A stretch of DNA of 64,000 nucleotides from Octopus sinensis (lineage: Eukaryota), in contig NC_043006.1 in assembly GCF_006345805.1 (NCBI RefSeq), positions 2,232,001 to 2,296,000 on the forward strand, read 5' to 3'. A program made the translations under genes and the position numbers. The notes under the pieces were generated by a model. The model was not told the origin of the DNA and did not search any database. It was given only the letters and a program-made list of their open reading frames with translations. Each line of letters begins with the position of its first letter. Position 1 is the stretch's first letter. Shown here piece after piece: positions 35,290 through 48,516 of the stretch.

Positions 35290-36200
35290 CTCACTTTAAT
35301 GCTGTATACCTCTGCCAATGACATAAAAATATAGATGAGTGATCTTCAGTCTCTATCAGAGTGCAGAAGTCTCCAAAATATAACAGCCAACATAGCGTGT
35401 CGTAGAGCATGATTGCAGTGGCCATCAAAGACCATCAATGTCAAGCAATAATAGTAGAGATAGGTGGAATATGTCCATTGCCTCCTGCCTGGGGTTGTAC
35501 TCATGCCATGCAATGCTTGAATGTTCATGAGAAGTTTGGCATATGTGTCATCACGGCAAGTTTTGCTGCTCCTTCTTTATAGTCCAAATTTCGGTCCCAC
35601 AGAGAAAAACGCTCCATACACATGCCCTTAAGAAAGCAAGCTTTGATAGAATTTCTCCTCCTGTTGAGCCCACTCTGTGGTGAGGATATTCATCTCACGA
35701 TTATGAGGTCGTGAGTTCGATTCCTGGCAACTTGTTGTATCCTTCAGCAAGACACTTTATTTCACATTGCTCCAGTCCACTCAGCTGTCAAAACTGAGTT
35801 GTACCTGTATTTGAAAGGGTCAGCCTTGTCACACTTTTTGTCACACTGAATCTCCCTGAGAACTACATTAAGGGTACACGTGTCCGTGGAGTGTTCGGCC
35901 ACTTGCACGTTAATTTCATGAGCAGGATGTTCTGTTGGTCGGATCGACTGGAACCCTTGTCATTGTAAGCGACGGAATGCCAGTTAGTGATCCCATCCCA
36001 AGATGGAACCAAAACAGCTTCTGCTAAGACAGATCAACACTACTACAGGTCCTTGCCTTGAGCAGAATTATAGAGCTAATAATCTCCAAGCAAAAGGCAT
36101 CAATGGTATTTGTTGATTTCTCCAAAGAATTTAATAGCATCAACAGAAAGGCCAGGATACATTTCCTGCTGATCTGTAAAATCCCAGATGAAATTGTCAA
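35290..36200. mobile_element. Two fragments of an old RTE/RTE-X-like LINE in opposite orientations, separated by a SINE
   Basis: About 35290-35650(-) reads KLAFLRACVWSVFLCGTEIWTIKK; about 36000-36200(+) reads NQNSFC*DRSTLLQVLALSRIIE...MVFVDFSKEFNSINR. Confidence 0.65.
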
Positions 36201-37005
36201 TAAAAGAATAGAAGAAAAAGAATATGTCTGTTTGTCTCGAGTTCTCTATTCGCTTGTGTTTCAATCCATCTATCTGCCGAATAGATAGCTAGAAGGATTG
36301 AAGAATGGGCAGACAGATAGACAGACAGGTCTATAGTTACTTAGACATGTATGTAGGTGTGTAGGTAGGTAAGTAGGCAGGTAGGTAAGTAAGTAGTTAG
36401 GCTGATAGTTAAAAACAAGAACTTACATACACACATACGTACATACATATGCATGTACGAATAATAATATGTATGTATATATATTTACTTATGTGCACAC
36501 ACACAAGTACACACACACACACATGCATGCATGTGCACACACACATATGCATACACCCATATATATATATATATATACACACAGACATTTAGTCAGGTAT
36601 TCTGAAATTTTTAGTACTCCATGCATTAAATATTCTGACATCCACCCACTTACTGTCTGTCATGTGTAGAGTGTTTATAATTTCTAAACAATTATATTTT
36701 CCAAAAGCAACAACTTTATCTTTCTGTATATTTACTTCGTGACTCATTCGTTGCTGTGTAAATGCATAAGTTTTTGCAAGACTACAGTTCACTGATGAAA
36801 TGCAATAATTCAAAAACATGTTCACAGTTGTCTCCCATACTTCTGAATAAGTATCAGAGAAGACAGAGACTAAAAGATACAGCAAAGTATAGTGGAGGCT
36901 AACATGACATAGGTGCAGACATGGCTGTGTGGTAAGAAGCTCTCTTCCCAACCACATGGTTCCAAGTTCATATATATATATATTATATATATATATATAT
37001 ATATA

Positions 37006-37061
<56 letters not shown>

Positions 37062-37077
37062 TATATATATATTATAT

Positions 37078-37152
<75 letters not shown>

Positions 37153-37378
37153 TCTTTTACTCTCTTTTACTCTTTTACTTGTTTCAGTCATTTGACTGCG
37201 GCCATGCTGGAGCACCACCTTTAGTCGAGCAAATTGACCCCAGAACTTATTCTTTGTAAGCCCAGTACTTATTCTATCGGTCTTTTTTGCCGAACCGCTA
37301 GGTGACAGGGACATAAACACACCAGCATCGGTTGTCAAGCAATGCTAGGGGGACAAACACAGACACACAAACATATAC

Positions 37379-37431
<53 letters not shown>

Positions 37432-37627
37432 CATATATACGACAGGCTTCTTTCAGTTTCCGTCTACCAAATCCACTCACAAGGCATTGGTCGGCCCGGG
37501 GCTATAGTAGAAGACACTTGCCTAAGGTGCCACGCAGTGGACTGAACCCAGAGCCATGTGGTTGGTTAGCAAGCTACTTACCACACAGCCATATATATAT
37601 ATATGTAATATATATATATAATATATT

Positions 37628-37727
<100 letters not shown>

Positions 37728-37764
37728 ATATATATTATATATATATATATGTATTATATATATA

Positions 37765-37866
<102 letters not shown>

Positions 37867-38342
37867 ATATATATATATATGTATATATCTATGTGTGTGT
37901 CTTGTGTCTGTGTTTGTCCCCCACCATCACTTGATAACCAGTGTTGCTGTATTACGTCCCCGTAACCTAGCAGTTTGGCAAATGGTACTGATAGAATAAG
38001 TACCAGCTTTAAAAAAATAATTCCTCAAGTTGATACATTCAACTAAAAATTCTTCAAGGTGATGCCCCAGCATGGCTGCAGTCTAATGACAAAGATAACA
38101 TACAGATGCTGGTATGGCAGTTTGATTACAAAGCTCAGTTTGCAACCATGTGGCTTTGGGTTCAATCCCTCTGCACAGCACCTTGAGCAAGTGCTTTCTA
38201 CATCAGCTGTGAACTGACCAATGTCTTGTGAGTGAATGTAGAAAACAGAAACTGTTAAGAGGCATGGAAGTCTGTCGAATATATATATATATAATTATAA
38301 TTATATATTTATATATAATTATATAATTATAATTATATAATT

Positions 38343-38809
38343 TTGTATCCTTGTGGTACCAGTGCCGGTGGCACATAAGAAAACCATCCGAACGTGACCG
38401 TAGCCAGTACCGCAACGACTGGCCTCCGTGCTGAGGGCACGTAACAAACACCATCCGAGCGTGGCCGTTCGCCAGCCTCGTCTGGCACCTGTGTCGGTGA
38501 CACATAAGAAAACACCATCCGAGCGTGGCCGTCTGCCAGCCTCGTCTGGCACCTGTGTTGGTGGCACATAAAAAACACCATCCAAGCGTGGCCGTCTGCC
38601 AGCCTCGTCTGGCACCTGTGTCGGTGGCACATAAAATCACCCACTACACTCTCGGAGTGGTTGGCGTTAGGAAGGGCATCCAGCTGTAGAAACACTGCCA
38701 GATCTGACTGGCCTGGTGCAGCCTTCGGGCTTGCCAGACCCCAGTTGAACCGTCCAACCCATGCTAGCATGGAAAGCGGACGTTAAACGATGATAATGAT
38801 GATGATGAT
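38343..38809 (+). mobile_element. Young RTE LINE 3'-UTR inserted in the internal TA tract of a family 1 SINE (halves about 38105-38285 and 38860-39085)
   Basis: The SINE sequence resumes after the (GAT)n tail. Confidence 0.85.
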
Positions 38810-40289
38810 ATAATTATATATATCAGACAATGCTTCATGGAAACTATACTACTTTGATATAGGTGTGTAAGTGTGTATGTGTCTTTGTGTCTGTGTTTGT
38901 TTCTTCCCCACAGCTTGACAAGTAGTGTTGCTTTGTTTATGTCCCTGTAACTTAGCAGTTTGAAAAAAAAATCAATGGAATAAGTAGTGGACTTATAAAA
39001 TAAGTACTGGGTTCAATTTCTTCATCTAAATCCCTGCAGAGTAGTGCCCCAGCATAGCCACAGCACGATGACTGAACGAGGAAAGGATAATATAAGGAGC
39101 ATCTCCATTCAGCTTTTAATTAATTAAAATTTCACTCCTTGTAAAGAGACAAAAATCTTGTTTGGAGTTAATGATTAAATTTAGTCAAAAAGTAAGGATG
39201 CAACTTTAAATTTCAAATTAATTAAAAGTTCATTGGTCTTTGATAAGCATGATTATTACTACGTACACGAGTCTGTCTTATTAGACCTCCTGAGATGATC
39301 ATAATCTTACCAGTGTTCACTAAATCTTATACGACTCTAAAATATACAGATTGGGTGAATGAACATTGCAAACTGAAGAGGTGTAAGTTTCATTGCATAA
39401 CAGAAATGTCCAGTATAATAGAAGCTCCAATGCTGATGATTATCATTGATACAATATTATAGGATTGGAAGCACTCAGTCGGTTACGACGACGAGGGTTC
39501 CGGTTGATCCGAATCAACGGAACAGCCTGCTCGTGAAATTAACGTGTAAGTGGCTGAGCACTCCACAGACACGTGTACCCTTAACGTAGTTCTCGGGGAT
39601 ATTCAGCATGACACAGAGTGTGACAAGGCTGGCCCTTTGAAATACAGGTACAACAGAAAGAGGAAGAAAGAGTGAGAGAAAGTTGTGGTGAAAGAGTACA
39701 GCAGGGATCACCACCATCCCCTGCCGGAGCCTTGTGGAGCTTTAGGTGTTTTCGCTCAATAAACACTCACAACGCCCGGTCTGGGAATCGAAACCGCGAT
39801 CCTATGACCGTGAGTCCGCTGCCCTAACCACTGGGCCATTGCGCCTCCACACAATATTATAGAACAGTTGTAAATTATAGATAAGGCACATGACTGAATG
39901 GTTAGGGTATTCAGCTCCTGATTGTAAGGTCCTGTGTTCAATTCTTAGTAGTGCATTGTGTCCTTGAGCGAAACACTTCATTTCATGTTGCTCCATCTTT
40001 GTCGTATTCTGTTGCGTTGAATCTCCTTGGAAACTACATTAAGGGGACACATATCAATGAGGTACTCAGCCACTTGTGTGTTAATTTCACAAGCAGGCTT
40101 CACAAGTTTATTGAATCGACTGGAACTCTCATCATTGTGACCAATGCAGTGCCAGTTTTTGGTAAACATTATCAATTGCACAGACACAGTGTAACGTGTT
40201 TTGTTTATCTGCTGAATTTGCTGCCGGATTGTGTCTGGGATGGATCTGTAAGATAAAGCTGAGTACTAAAGGACACATGAATGTCATAG

Positions 40290-40412
40290 ATCACACAAGA
40301 CAACTCACTTTGGATTGAATCCAAGACTGGTGGATACCAATATTTTGCCATTGCTGTGGATTATCAATACCATACACTCAGGCGAAACCAAAATGAATTG
40401 GATCTCTGGTCT
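40290..40412 (+). CDS. Candidate 123-nt phase 0-0 exon (ITQDNSLWIESKTGGYQYFAIAVDYQYHTLRRNQNELDLWS)
   Basis: AG at 40288-89 (an in-frame TAG just upstream), exactly 41 open codons, donor TCT|GTGAGT; unique sequence. Protein not recognised. Confidence 0.45.
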
Positions 40413-41497
40413 GTGAGTTATATACTCTTTTACTCTTTTACTTGTTTCAGTCATTTGACTGTGGCCATGCTGGAGCACTGCCTTTAATCGAGCAAATTGA
40501 TCTTTGTAAGCCTAGTACTTATTCTATTGGTCTCTTTTGCTGAACCGCTAAGTTACGGGGACGTAAACACACCAGCATCGGTTGTCAAGTGATGTTGGGG
40601 GGGGGGGCAAGCACAGACACACAAACATACACACACACACACACACACACACACCACACACACACACATACGTACATATATATACATATATACGACGGGA
40701 TTCTTTCAGTTTCTGTCTACCAAATCCACTCACAAGGCTTTGGTTGGCCCGAGGCTATAGTAGAGGACACTTGCACAAGACGCCACACAGTGGGACTGAA
40801 CCCAGAACCATATGGTTGGTAAGCAAACTACTTACCACACAGCCACTCCTACACCTAGAGTGAAAACTATTTACTGATGTGCTGCAACATAGCACATGTG
40901 AAAGTGAAATAAATTATGAATTAAAACCAGCTCTAGGAATGTAAACATTATTGATCACATACACAGGGTAAGTGTTGTGTTTATGAACTAAATTTGCTGT
41001 GAGATAGCATCTGGAACAGCTCCTGACATAATGCTGAGTGTTAAAGAACACCTGAATGTCATTAGACCAGGTGAGACACCTCACCTCAGATTGAACAGAT
41101 GTAGAACACAGTATTATTGAATTGCTATACATGATAGTTACAATATTATAGAAACAGTATACATTATATGTGGAGTCCCTAGTGGGCAGTTAATGCATGG
41201 GAGATAATCATTTCTTCATAATATTTGGTGGGATTTGAAGTTTAAATTTGAAATTAAAGATTAAGAAAAAAGACACAGAGAATGTGCATATTTGATTTTT
41301 TTTGCTTCTGCATTGTATTATTAGGGAAACCTAATATTGAATTGATCAACACCAGTGCCTTTTTACATTAAAGCCTGGTTCTTATTCTATCTGTCTCTTT
41401 TGGGAAACAGCTAAGTTACAGGGATGTAAACACACCAGCGCTGGTTGTCAAGCAGTGATGGGGTAGGACAAACACAGACAAAGAGACACACACACAA

Positions 41498-41529
<32 letters not shown>

Positions 41530-41639
41530 GTATATATATATATATATACATATGTATATATATATACATATATATGTATGTGTATATATATATTTATATA
41601 TATATATATATATACATACATGTGTATGTATATATACAT

Positions 41640-42074
41640 ATCATCGCCATCATCATCATCGTCATCGTTTAATGTCCATTTTCCATGTTGGCATGGGTTG
41701 GACGGTTTGACTGTGGGGTGACGAGCCAGAAGGCTGCACCAGAATCCAATCCCACATCACCAGTTCTGCTTACCAAAGGACTAGCATCGGCTACGCTTAA
41801 ATGGTGCTTTTTATGTGCCACTTGTATGGGAGCAAGTAAGGCAGGACTGGCATCGACCATGCTCGAATGGTGCTTCTTACGTGCCACCAGCACGAGTGGC
41901 AATCAGGTGGTACTGTCATCAGCCACAACAACGACTTCACATGCTTCAACAGCTCTTCACAAGTGCAATTTATTGCCCAATGATTGAAGGGTATTTTTAA
42001 ATGGTCTGGTTATACTGCACTGGCATAGGCCATGGTTACAGTCTCACTTGGCTTGCCGGGTCTTCTCAAGCACA
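41640..42074 (-). mobile_element. RTE LINE 3' end (left member of head-to-head pair 1)
   Basis: (ATC)n tail at 41640; similar to 53419-53950. Confidence 0.85.
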
Positions 42075-42077
42075 TCA

Positions 42078-43060
42078 ATAGCTTCCGTTATCTAGGTGAC
42101 CAAGTTAGTAGCAGAAGTGGGTGCTTCGAGAATATAGCTATGAGAGTGAGAATAAGCTGAGCAAAGTTCAGAGAGCTCCTACCTCTGCCGGCAATAAAGG
42201 GCCTCTACCTCAGAGTGAAAGGCAGATTGTATGATGCCTGTGTGAAAACAGCTATCAAATATGGGCTGTAACAGCTAAGGACAAGTGTAGGCTTGAAAGA
42301 AATGAAGCCAGTATGCTTTGCTGAATATACAGTGTGCATATTCAACAGAGTGTAAGCATCTTGAGAGAAAAGTTAAGCGTAAGAAGAATCAGATGTGGTG
42401 TGCAAGAGAGACAACTGTGCTGGTATGGTCATGTAATGCACATAGACGGGGACAGCTGTGTAAAGAAGTGTTAATCTCTAACTGTGGATGTTAACTTATG
42501 GTAGAGGTAGACTCAAGAAGACATAGGATGACGTGGTGAAGCATGATCTTTGAATGTTGGGCCTTACAGAGGCAATGACTAGTGACTGAGGCCTTTAACA
42601 ATATGCTATGCTTGAGAAAACCCATAAAGCCAAGTGATGGTGTCACGTAACACGGTGCTGGTGTCACATAAAAAGCCGTTTTTGAGCATTGGGCTTCATG
42701 GAGGTGAAGTGGCCAATGCCGATGAGACGTGAAAAGCTCCTTTAGAGTGTTGGACCTCACAGAGGCAATGATGAGTGACTGAGACCATGGCATTATGTCA
42801 TGCTTTAGGAAAAGACCTATCAAGCCAAATAAAATCACAATTGTGGCACATACTGGTGTCACGCAAATGGCACCCATACCAGTGGCACATAAAAGCATCC
42901 ATTACACTCTCAGAGTGGTTGGCATTAGGAAAGGTATCAAGCTGTAGAAGCTATGCCAAATCAGATTGGAGTCTGGTGCAGCCTTCCAGCTTGCCAGCCT
43001 TGGTCAAACTGTCCAACCCATGCCAGCATGGACAACGGACGTTAAATGATGATGATGATG

Positions 43061-43062
<2 letters not shown>
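42078..43062 (+). mobile_element. 5'-truncated RTE LINE (right member of pair 1)
   Basis: Starts ATAGCTTCCGTTATCTAGGTGACCAAG (compare 50738); ends GTTAAATGATGATGATGAT. Confidence 0.85.
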
Positions 43063-43095
<33 letters not shown>

Positions 43096-44054
43096 TATAT
43101 TTAAAATGAAAGTTTAGATAGGAAACTTTAAAGTATAGAATCCAAATTGTTGTTTTGGGAACGTTCCTCGTAGTGTGCCTGCAGAGCATGTTCAACACTT
43201 ATGGTTACCAGGTGTTACCCATGATCCTGCACTTTTGTCACCGGAACTACGTGAGGAATTCCTTGGTGCACTTTTAGTATATTTTAAATGATCGATACGG
43301 CAGACAGAGTGTACTGGAAGCTATAAATACAGAGGGCTTCTTTCAGTTTCCATCTACCAAATCCACTCACAAGGCTTTGGTTGGCCTGAGGCTATAGTAG
43401 AAGACACTTGCCCAAGGTGCCATGCAGTGGGACTGAACCTGGAACCATGTGATTGGAAAGCAAACTCCTTACCACACAGCCAGGACTGTATGTTACTGTG
43501 TGTACGTGTGTGTGTTACTGTTTCCTTCCTTTGGCATCACATGATAACTGTAAACGAGTGCCACCGTCTTGCAAGCAGTATCCTTCGTTTCCAGTCATCA
43601 ATGAAAACATGTCTGGTCATGGGGGAATTACTTTGAAACAAGTGAGGGTTTGTGACAGGAAGGGCATCCAAACCATAAAAAATACACCTTACCAAATTCT
43701 ATCCAACCCTTGAGAGCATGAAAAAGTGGACATTAAAAGGATGACGATGATATCTGCCTCCCTCTCTCTAGGTGTTTGATTTCTATCACTCTAAGTAGAT
43801 GTGGTGCACTGTCCCCAGATTGAAACCCAAACACTCTGAAAAGTTCATTTTGGAGCTTTCAGCATGAATGCCAAGCAATACAACATGTTGTTTCCAAATT
43901 TCTGGCAAAGTAAATTGTGTCATGGTGCTGTTTTTCTCAGAGATGGTACCCAACTGACCCTACTATACTGTGTAGTCGACAAAATCAAAAATAAAGAATG
44001 TGCATATGTAAAATTAAAAATATAAAATGGTGACAATTCATCCATCGCACCCTG

Positions 44055-44090
<36 letters not shown>

Positions 44091-44328
44091 ATATATAGAT
44101 ATATATATAATAGATAGATATATATTGTATGTATACACACACAGACACATATATGCATGTGTATGTATGTGTATAATATATATATATAGAGATATATGCA
44201 TACATACATACATACATATACATATATCATACATACACACACACATATAATATATATATATATATAATACATATACATACATACATACATCATCATACAT
44301 ATATACATACATACATACATACATAACA

Positions 44329-44374
<46 letters not shown>

Positions 44375-44560
44375 ATGTATCTGGTCTTTCCATGACTATT
44401 GTAAATGACACGCTTGTCACTTCCAGAACCAATTTATTTTGGCAAAGACCTCTTTGAATTCCTCAAGTCAACTTAACTGTGGATATGTTTAAGAAATTAT
44501 CTTACTCATTTGTACAAATTGCCAAAATGTGTTATCAAATTTCCACATCCATAAACGTAA

Positions 44561-44593
<33 letters not shown>

Positions 44594-44888
44594 CATATTC
44601 ACATACATGAATGCTTACGCATATACATTCATACTCTTACAGTCTTTATATATACTCGCAAATTCCCTCAGATACCTACACATAGTTTCTGACGCATGAT
44701 CATGCACATATACACACACATAAACATACACACATACAAATCTGCGTTCACATACACCCACATGTAATCACACACATGCATACACTTATATACACAATAC
44801 ATAAATAATATATTTGTATATATATACACTGTATATATATAAACATATATACACACACACACATATATATATATATATACTAGCACAT

Positions 44889-44919
<31 letters not shown>

Positions 44920-45059
44920 CATATATAGTGTATATATATATATATTATATACATATGTGTTATGTATATATATATATATATATATATACATACATATATA
45001 CATACATGTGTGTATATATATATATACACAGACATGTGTGTGTGTGTGTCAGTATGTTT

Positions 45060-45090
<31 letters not shown>

Positions 45091-45465
45091 CACAAACATA
45101 AATATAATGAATATATATATATATTTATATTATACAAATAATTATCAGCATATACACTGCTTCTTTCCATTCCCAACAACATCTGTTAATTCCAGTCCAC
45201 GGCCGGTTTCAATTGTACGCCTGGTGCCACTTGATAAAACAACATTTTATTTATTTCTTTCGTTTCTTTTATATGTTTCAGTCGTTGGACTGTGGCCATG
45301 CTGGGGCACTGCCTTGAAGGATTTAGTTGATCAAATTAATGCAATATTTATTTCATGTTTACTTACTTATTTCATTGGTCTCTTTTAGTTGAAGTGCTAA
45401 GTTATCAGGGATGTAAATAAAGCAACACCAGTTCTCAAGTAGTGAAAGATAAGCACATACATACA

Positions 45466-45496
<31 letters not shown>

Positions 45497-45685
45497 CTAT
45501 ATATATGTGTGTGTGGTGTGTATATAATATATGTGTGTATATATATATGTATATATATATATGTATGTATATATGTATGTATATATATATGTATATATAT
45601 ATATGTGTATACATATGTATGTGTATATATATGTATGTATATATATATATATATATATATTGTGTGTGTGTGTATATATATATAT

Positions 45686-46134
45686 AAGCGAAGTCAATAT
45701 CGAACCTCATCCAACGACAGGCACCTTGCTTGCGAAGACCTGTTGGGGCAAGTGAAATCGGAATTGAAATTGAACCAATCCTATGGCTGGCACCTGGCAA
45801 ATGCCAGGACCCCTGGACTGGTGGTACGTAAAAAGCACTATCCGAATTGTGGCCGATGCCAGTGCCGCCTCGACTCACTTCCGTGCTGCTGGCACGTAAA
45901 ATGCACCAATCTGACCGTAGCCGTTGCCAGCCTCGCCTGGCACCAGTGCAGGTGGCACGTAAAAAGCACCCACTACACTCACGGAGTGGTTGGCGTTAGG
46001 AAGGGCATCCAGCTGTAGAAACACTGCCAGATAAGACTGGAGCTTGGTGCAGCCTTCTGGCTTCCCAAATCCCAAGTCGAACCGTCCAACCCATGCTAGC
46101 ATGGAAAGCGGACATTAAACGATGATGATGATGA
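45686..46134 (+). mobile_element. RTE LINE 3'-UTR fragment in a (TA)n tract
   Basis: Collinear with 51370-52124; TA on both sides. Confidence 0.85.
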
Positions 46135-46138
46135 TATA

Positions 46139-46170
<32 letters not shown>

Positions 46171-46400
46171 CACATATATATATACATATATATATATATT
46201 ATATATACATACATATATATATATTTATATATACATACATATATATATATTTATATATACATAGATACATATATATATATATATACATATATGTGTATAT
46301 ATACCAGAGTAAGCACATGAATGTGAAACAAGGTAGAGAAAATAGTACTTGAATACCAGAGGTTAAGTAATGTATTTTATTAATAAAGTATAGACATTTA

Positions 46401-46639
46401 CAAGGTTGGCCTAAAAGTCACCTGACAGTAAATCAAAATTCCTTAAATACTTAATATTCAAATTTTATTTATTCATTCCAATTATGAATGTTTAATAATT
46501 GGAAGCTGTGAGTTAAAATCATGTTTTTTTTTCAACATTTGTCTATTTATTAGCGAAGTCTCATATGAAATGATTTTTTGTTTTAATCTTGGAATTAAAT
46601 GGTTTTGATTTTCTGTCAGGTGACTTTTGGCCAACCCTG
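46401..46639. mobile_element. Tc1/mariner MITE, 239 bp
   Basis: TA|CAAGGTTGGCCTAAAAGTCACCTGACAG ... CTGTCAGGTGACTTTTGGCCAACCCTG|TA. Confidence 0.85.
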
Positions 46640-48038
46640 TATATATATATATTTATACATACACACACACACATATATATATACATACAAAGATACAAAG
46701 CTCCATCTTTGGAATGTAGATATCAAAACCAACGTCACATTTTAAACTTGAGAAAAGTCTTGCATATTTTTACTGTTCCACTTACAGATTGTATCTGTTG
46801 GTTGATTTCCAGACAGACAGTTAGATATTTACTTACAAAAGTGGAAGAACATGGCTTTGTGGTTACAGGTGTTGGACGCATGTTTGTAAAATTGTGGTTT
46901 CGATTCCTGGACTGGGCAATGTGTTGTGTTCTTGAGCAAAACACTTCATTTCATTTTGCTCCAGTCCACTCAGCTGGCAAAAAAAAACGATTGGTGTCCT
47001 GTCCAGGTGGGGAATTTATATGCCATTGAAACTGGGAAACCGGTCCTTATGGGCAGGCAACACTCAAGAAGATAACTTTATCTTTTTTTATTTTATTTAC
47101 TTACAAAAACAAGTGTTCCAATTATTATTGGTATAAATGCAGATTTGTAATCCAGAAGTAGAAAATTGGAGGTTTCAAAGCAGTTGACCATAGTTATCTT
47201 CTTTCTCTTTGATTTTCAAAGAAATTGATAGATAGATAGATAGATAGATAGAGAAGTAGGTAGGTAGATAGATAGATAGAAAGACAGACAGACGGGCAGG
47301 TAGACAGGCAGACAGATGGACGGATGGGCAGATGGGCAGACAGATGGATGGACAGACATGCACATGTATGTATGTATGTATGTACGTATGTGTGTGTATG
47401 TATGTATTGTATGTATGTATGTGTGTATGTATGAATGTATGGCGTTAGGAAAGGCATCCAAGCAGATAAACCATTCTAAAGCAGACAGCATGGCTTGGTG
47501 CAGTCTTCTGACTTGCCAGTTCCTGTTGAACTGTCAAGCCCCGTGCCACCATGGAAAACAGATGTTGAATGATAACAATGGCAATGATGATGATGAGGAG
47601 GATGATCATATATATATATATATAGATATATATATATGTATATATATATATAAATGTATAAATGTAATAATGGAATGCTGAAAGGTAGCATCTACCTTGG
47701 AATTTTGTGGCTGAATATTATAAGTTGCTTAATCTGTTATTCTGCCGTACTCTTTTACTGATAAAACACGAGGTAACAAAAGATCCTCTATGCAGTTGCT
47801 TGACCTTGAAATAGCAGACAAATTCCCACAAATTACCCTCTACCACCTTGACAATATGACACACTAAATGTGTGTGTGTGTGTGTGTGTGGTAAGAAGCT
47901 AGCTTCCCAACCACATGGCTCTGGGTTCAGTCCCACTGCATGGCACCTTGGGCAAGTGCCTTCTGCTTTAGCCTCAGACTGACCAAAACTATGTGAGTTG
48001 ATTTGGTAGATGGAAAATGAAAGAAGCCTGTCATATAT

Positions 48039-48503
48039 ATCATCATCATCATCATTGTCATCATCATTGTTTAATGTCTGTTTTCCATGCTGGCATGGGT
48101 TGGATGGTTCGACCGGGGTCTGGGAAGCCAGGAGGCTGCACCAGGCTCCAGTCTGATCTGGCAGTGTTTCTACAGTTTGATGCCCTTCCTAATGCCAACC
48201 ACTCCGAGAGTGTAGTGGGTGCTTTTTACGTGCCACCTGCACAGGTGCCAGGCGAGGCTGGCAACAGCCACGGTCGGATTGGTGTATTTTATGTGCCACC
48301 GGCATGGAAGCCAGTCGAGGCGGCGCTGGCATCGGCCACGAGTCGGATAGTGCTTTTTACGTACCACCAGACCAGGAATCCTGGCTGGTTCAATTCGATT
48401 TCGATTTCGATTTCGCTTGCCCCAACATGTCTTCGCAAGCAAAGGGGGTTGGCATGGGTGCCAGTCGTATGGTTGGATTGGTGTATTTTACGTGCCACCG
48501 GCA
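48039..48503 (-). mobile_element. RTE LINE 3'-UTR (left member of head-to-head pair 2)
   Basis: Reverse complement of about 51700-52124 at roughly 90-95% identity. Confidence 0.9.
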
Positions 48504-48516
48504 ATATATATTTATA

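Noticed and set aside
41008-41070. Possible 63-nt exon (SGTAPDIMLSVKEHLNVIRPG) with CCAG|GTGAGA donor
   Set aside because: Weak acceptor, and phase 1 start is incompatible with the phase 0 end of the 40290 candidate; worth rechecking only with RNA-seq.
44030-44066. Tc1/mariner-like right TIR (...CATCGCACCCTG|TA)
   Set aside because: No matching left TIR found nearby.
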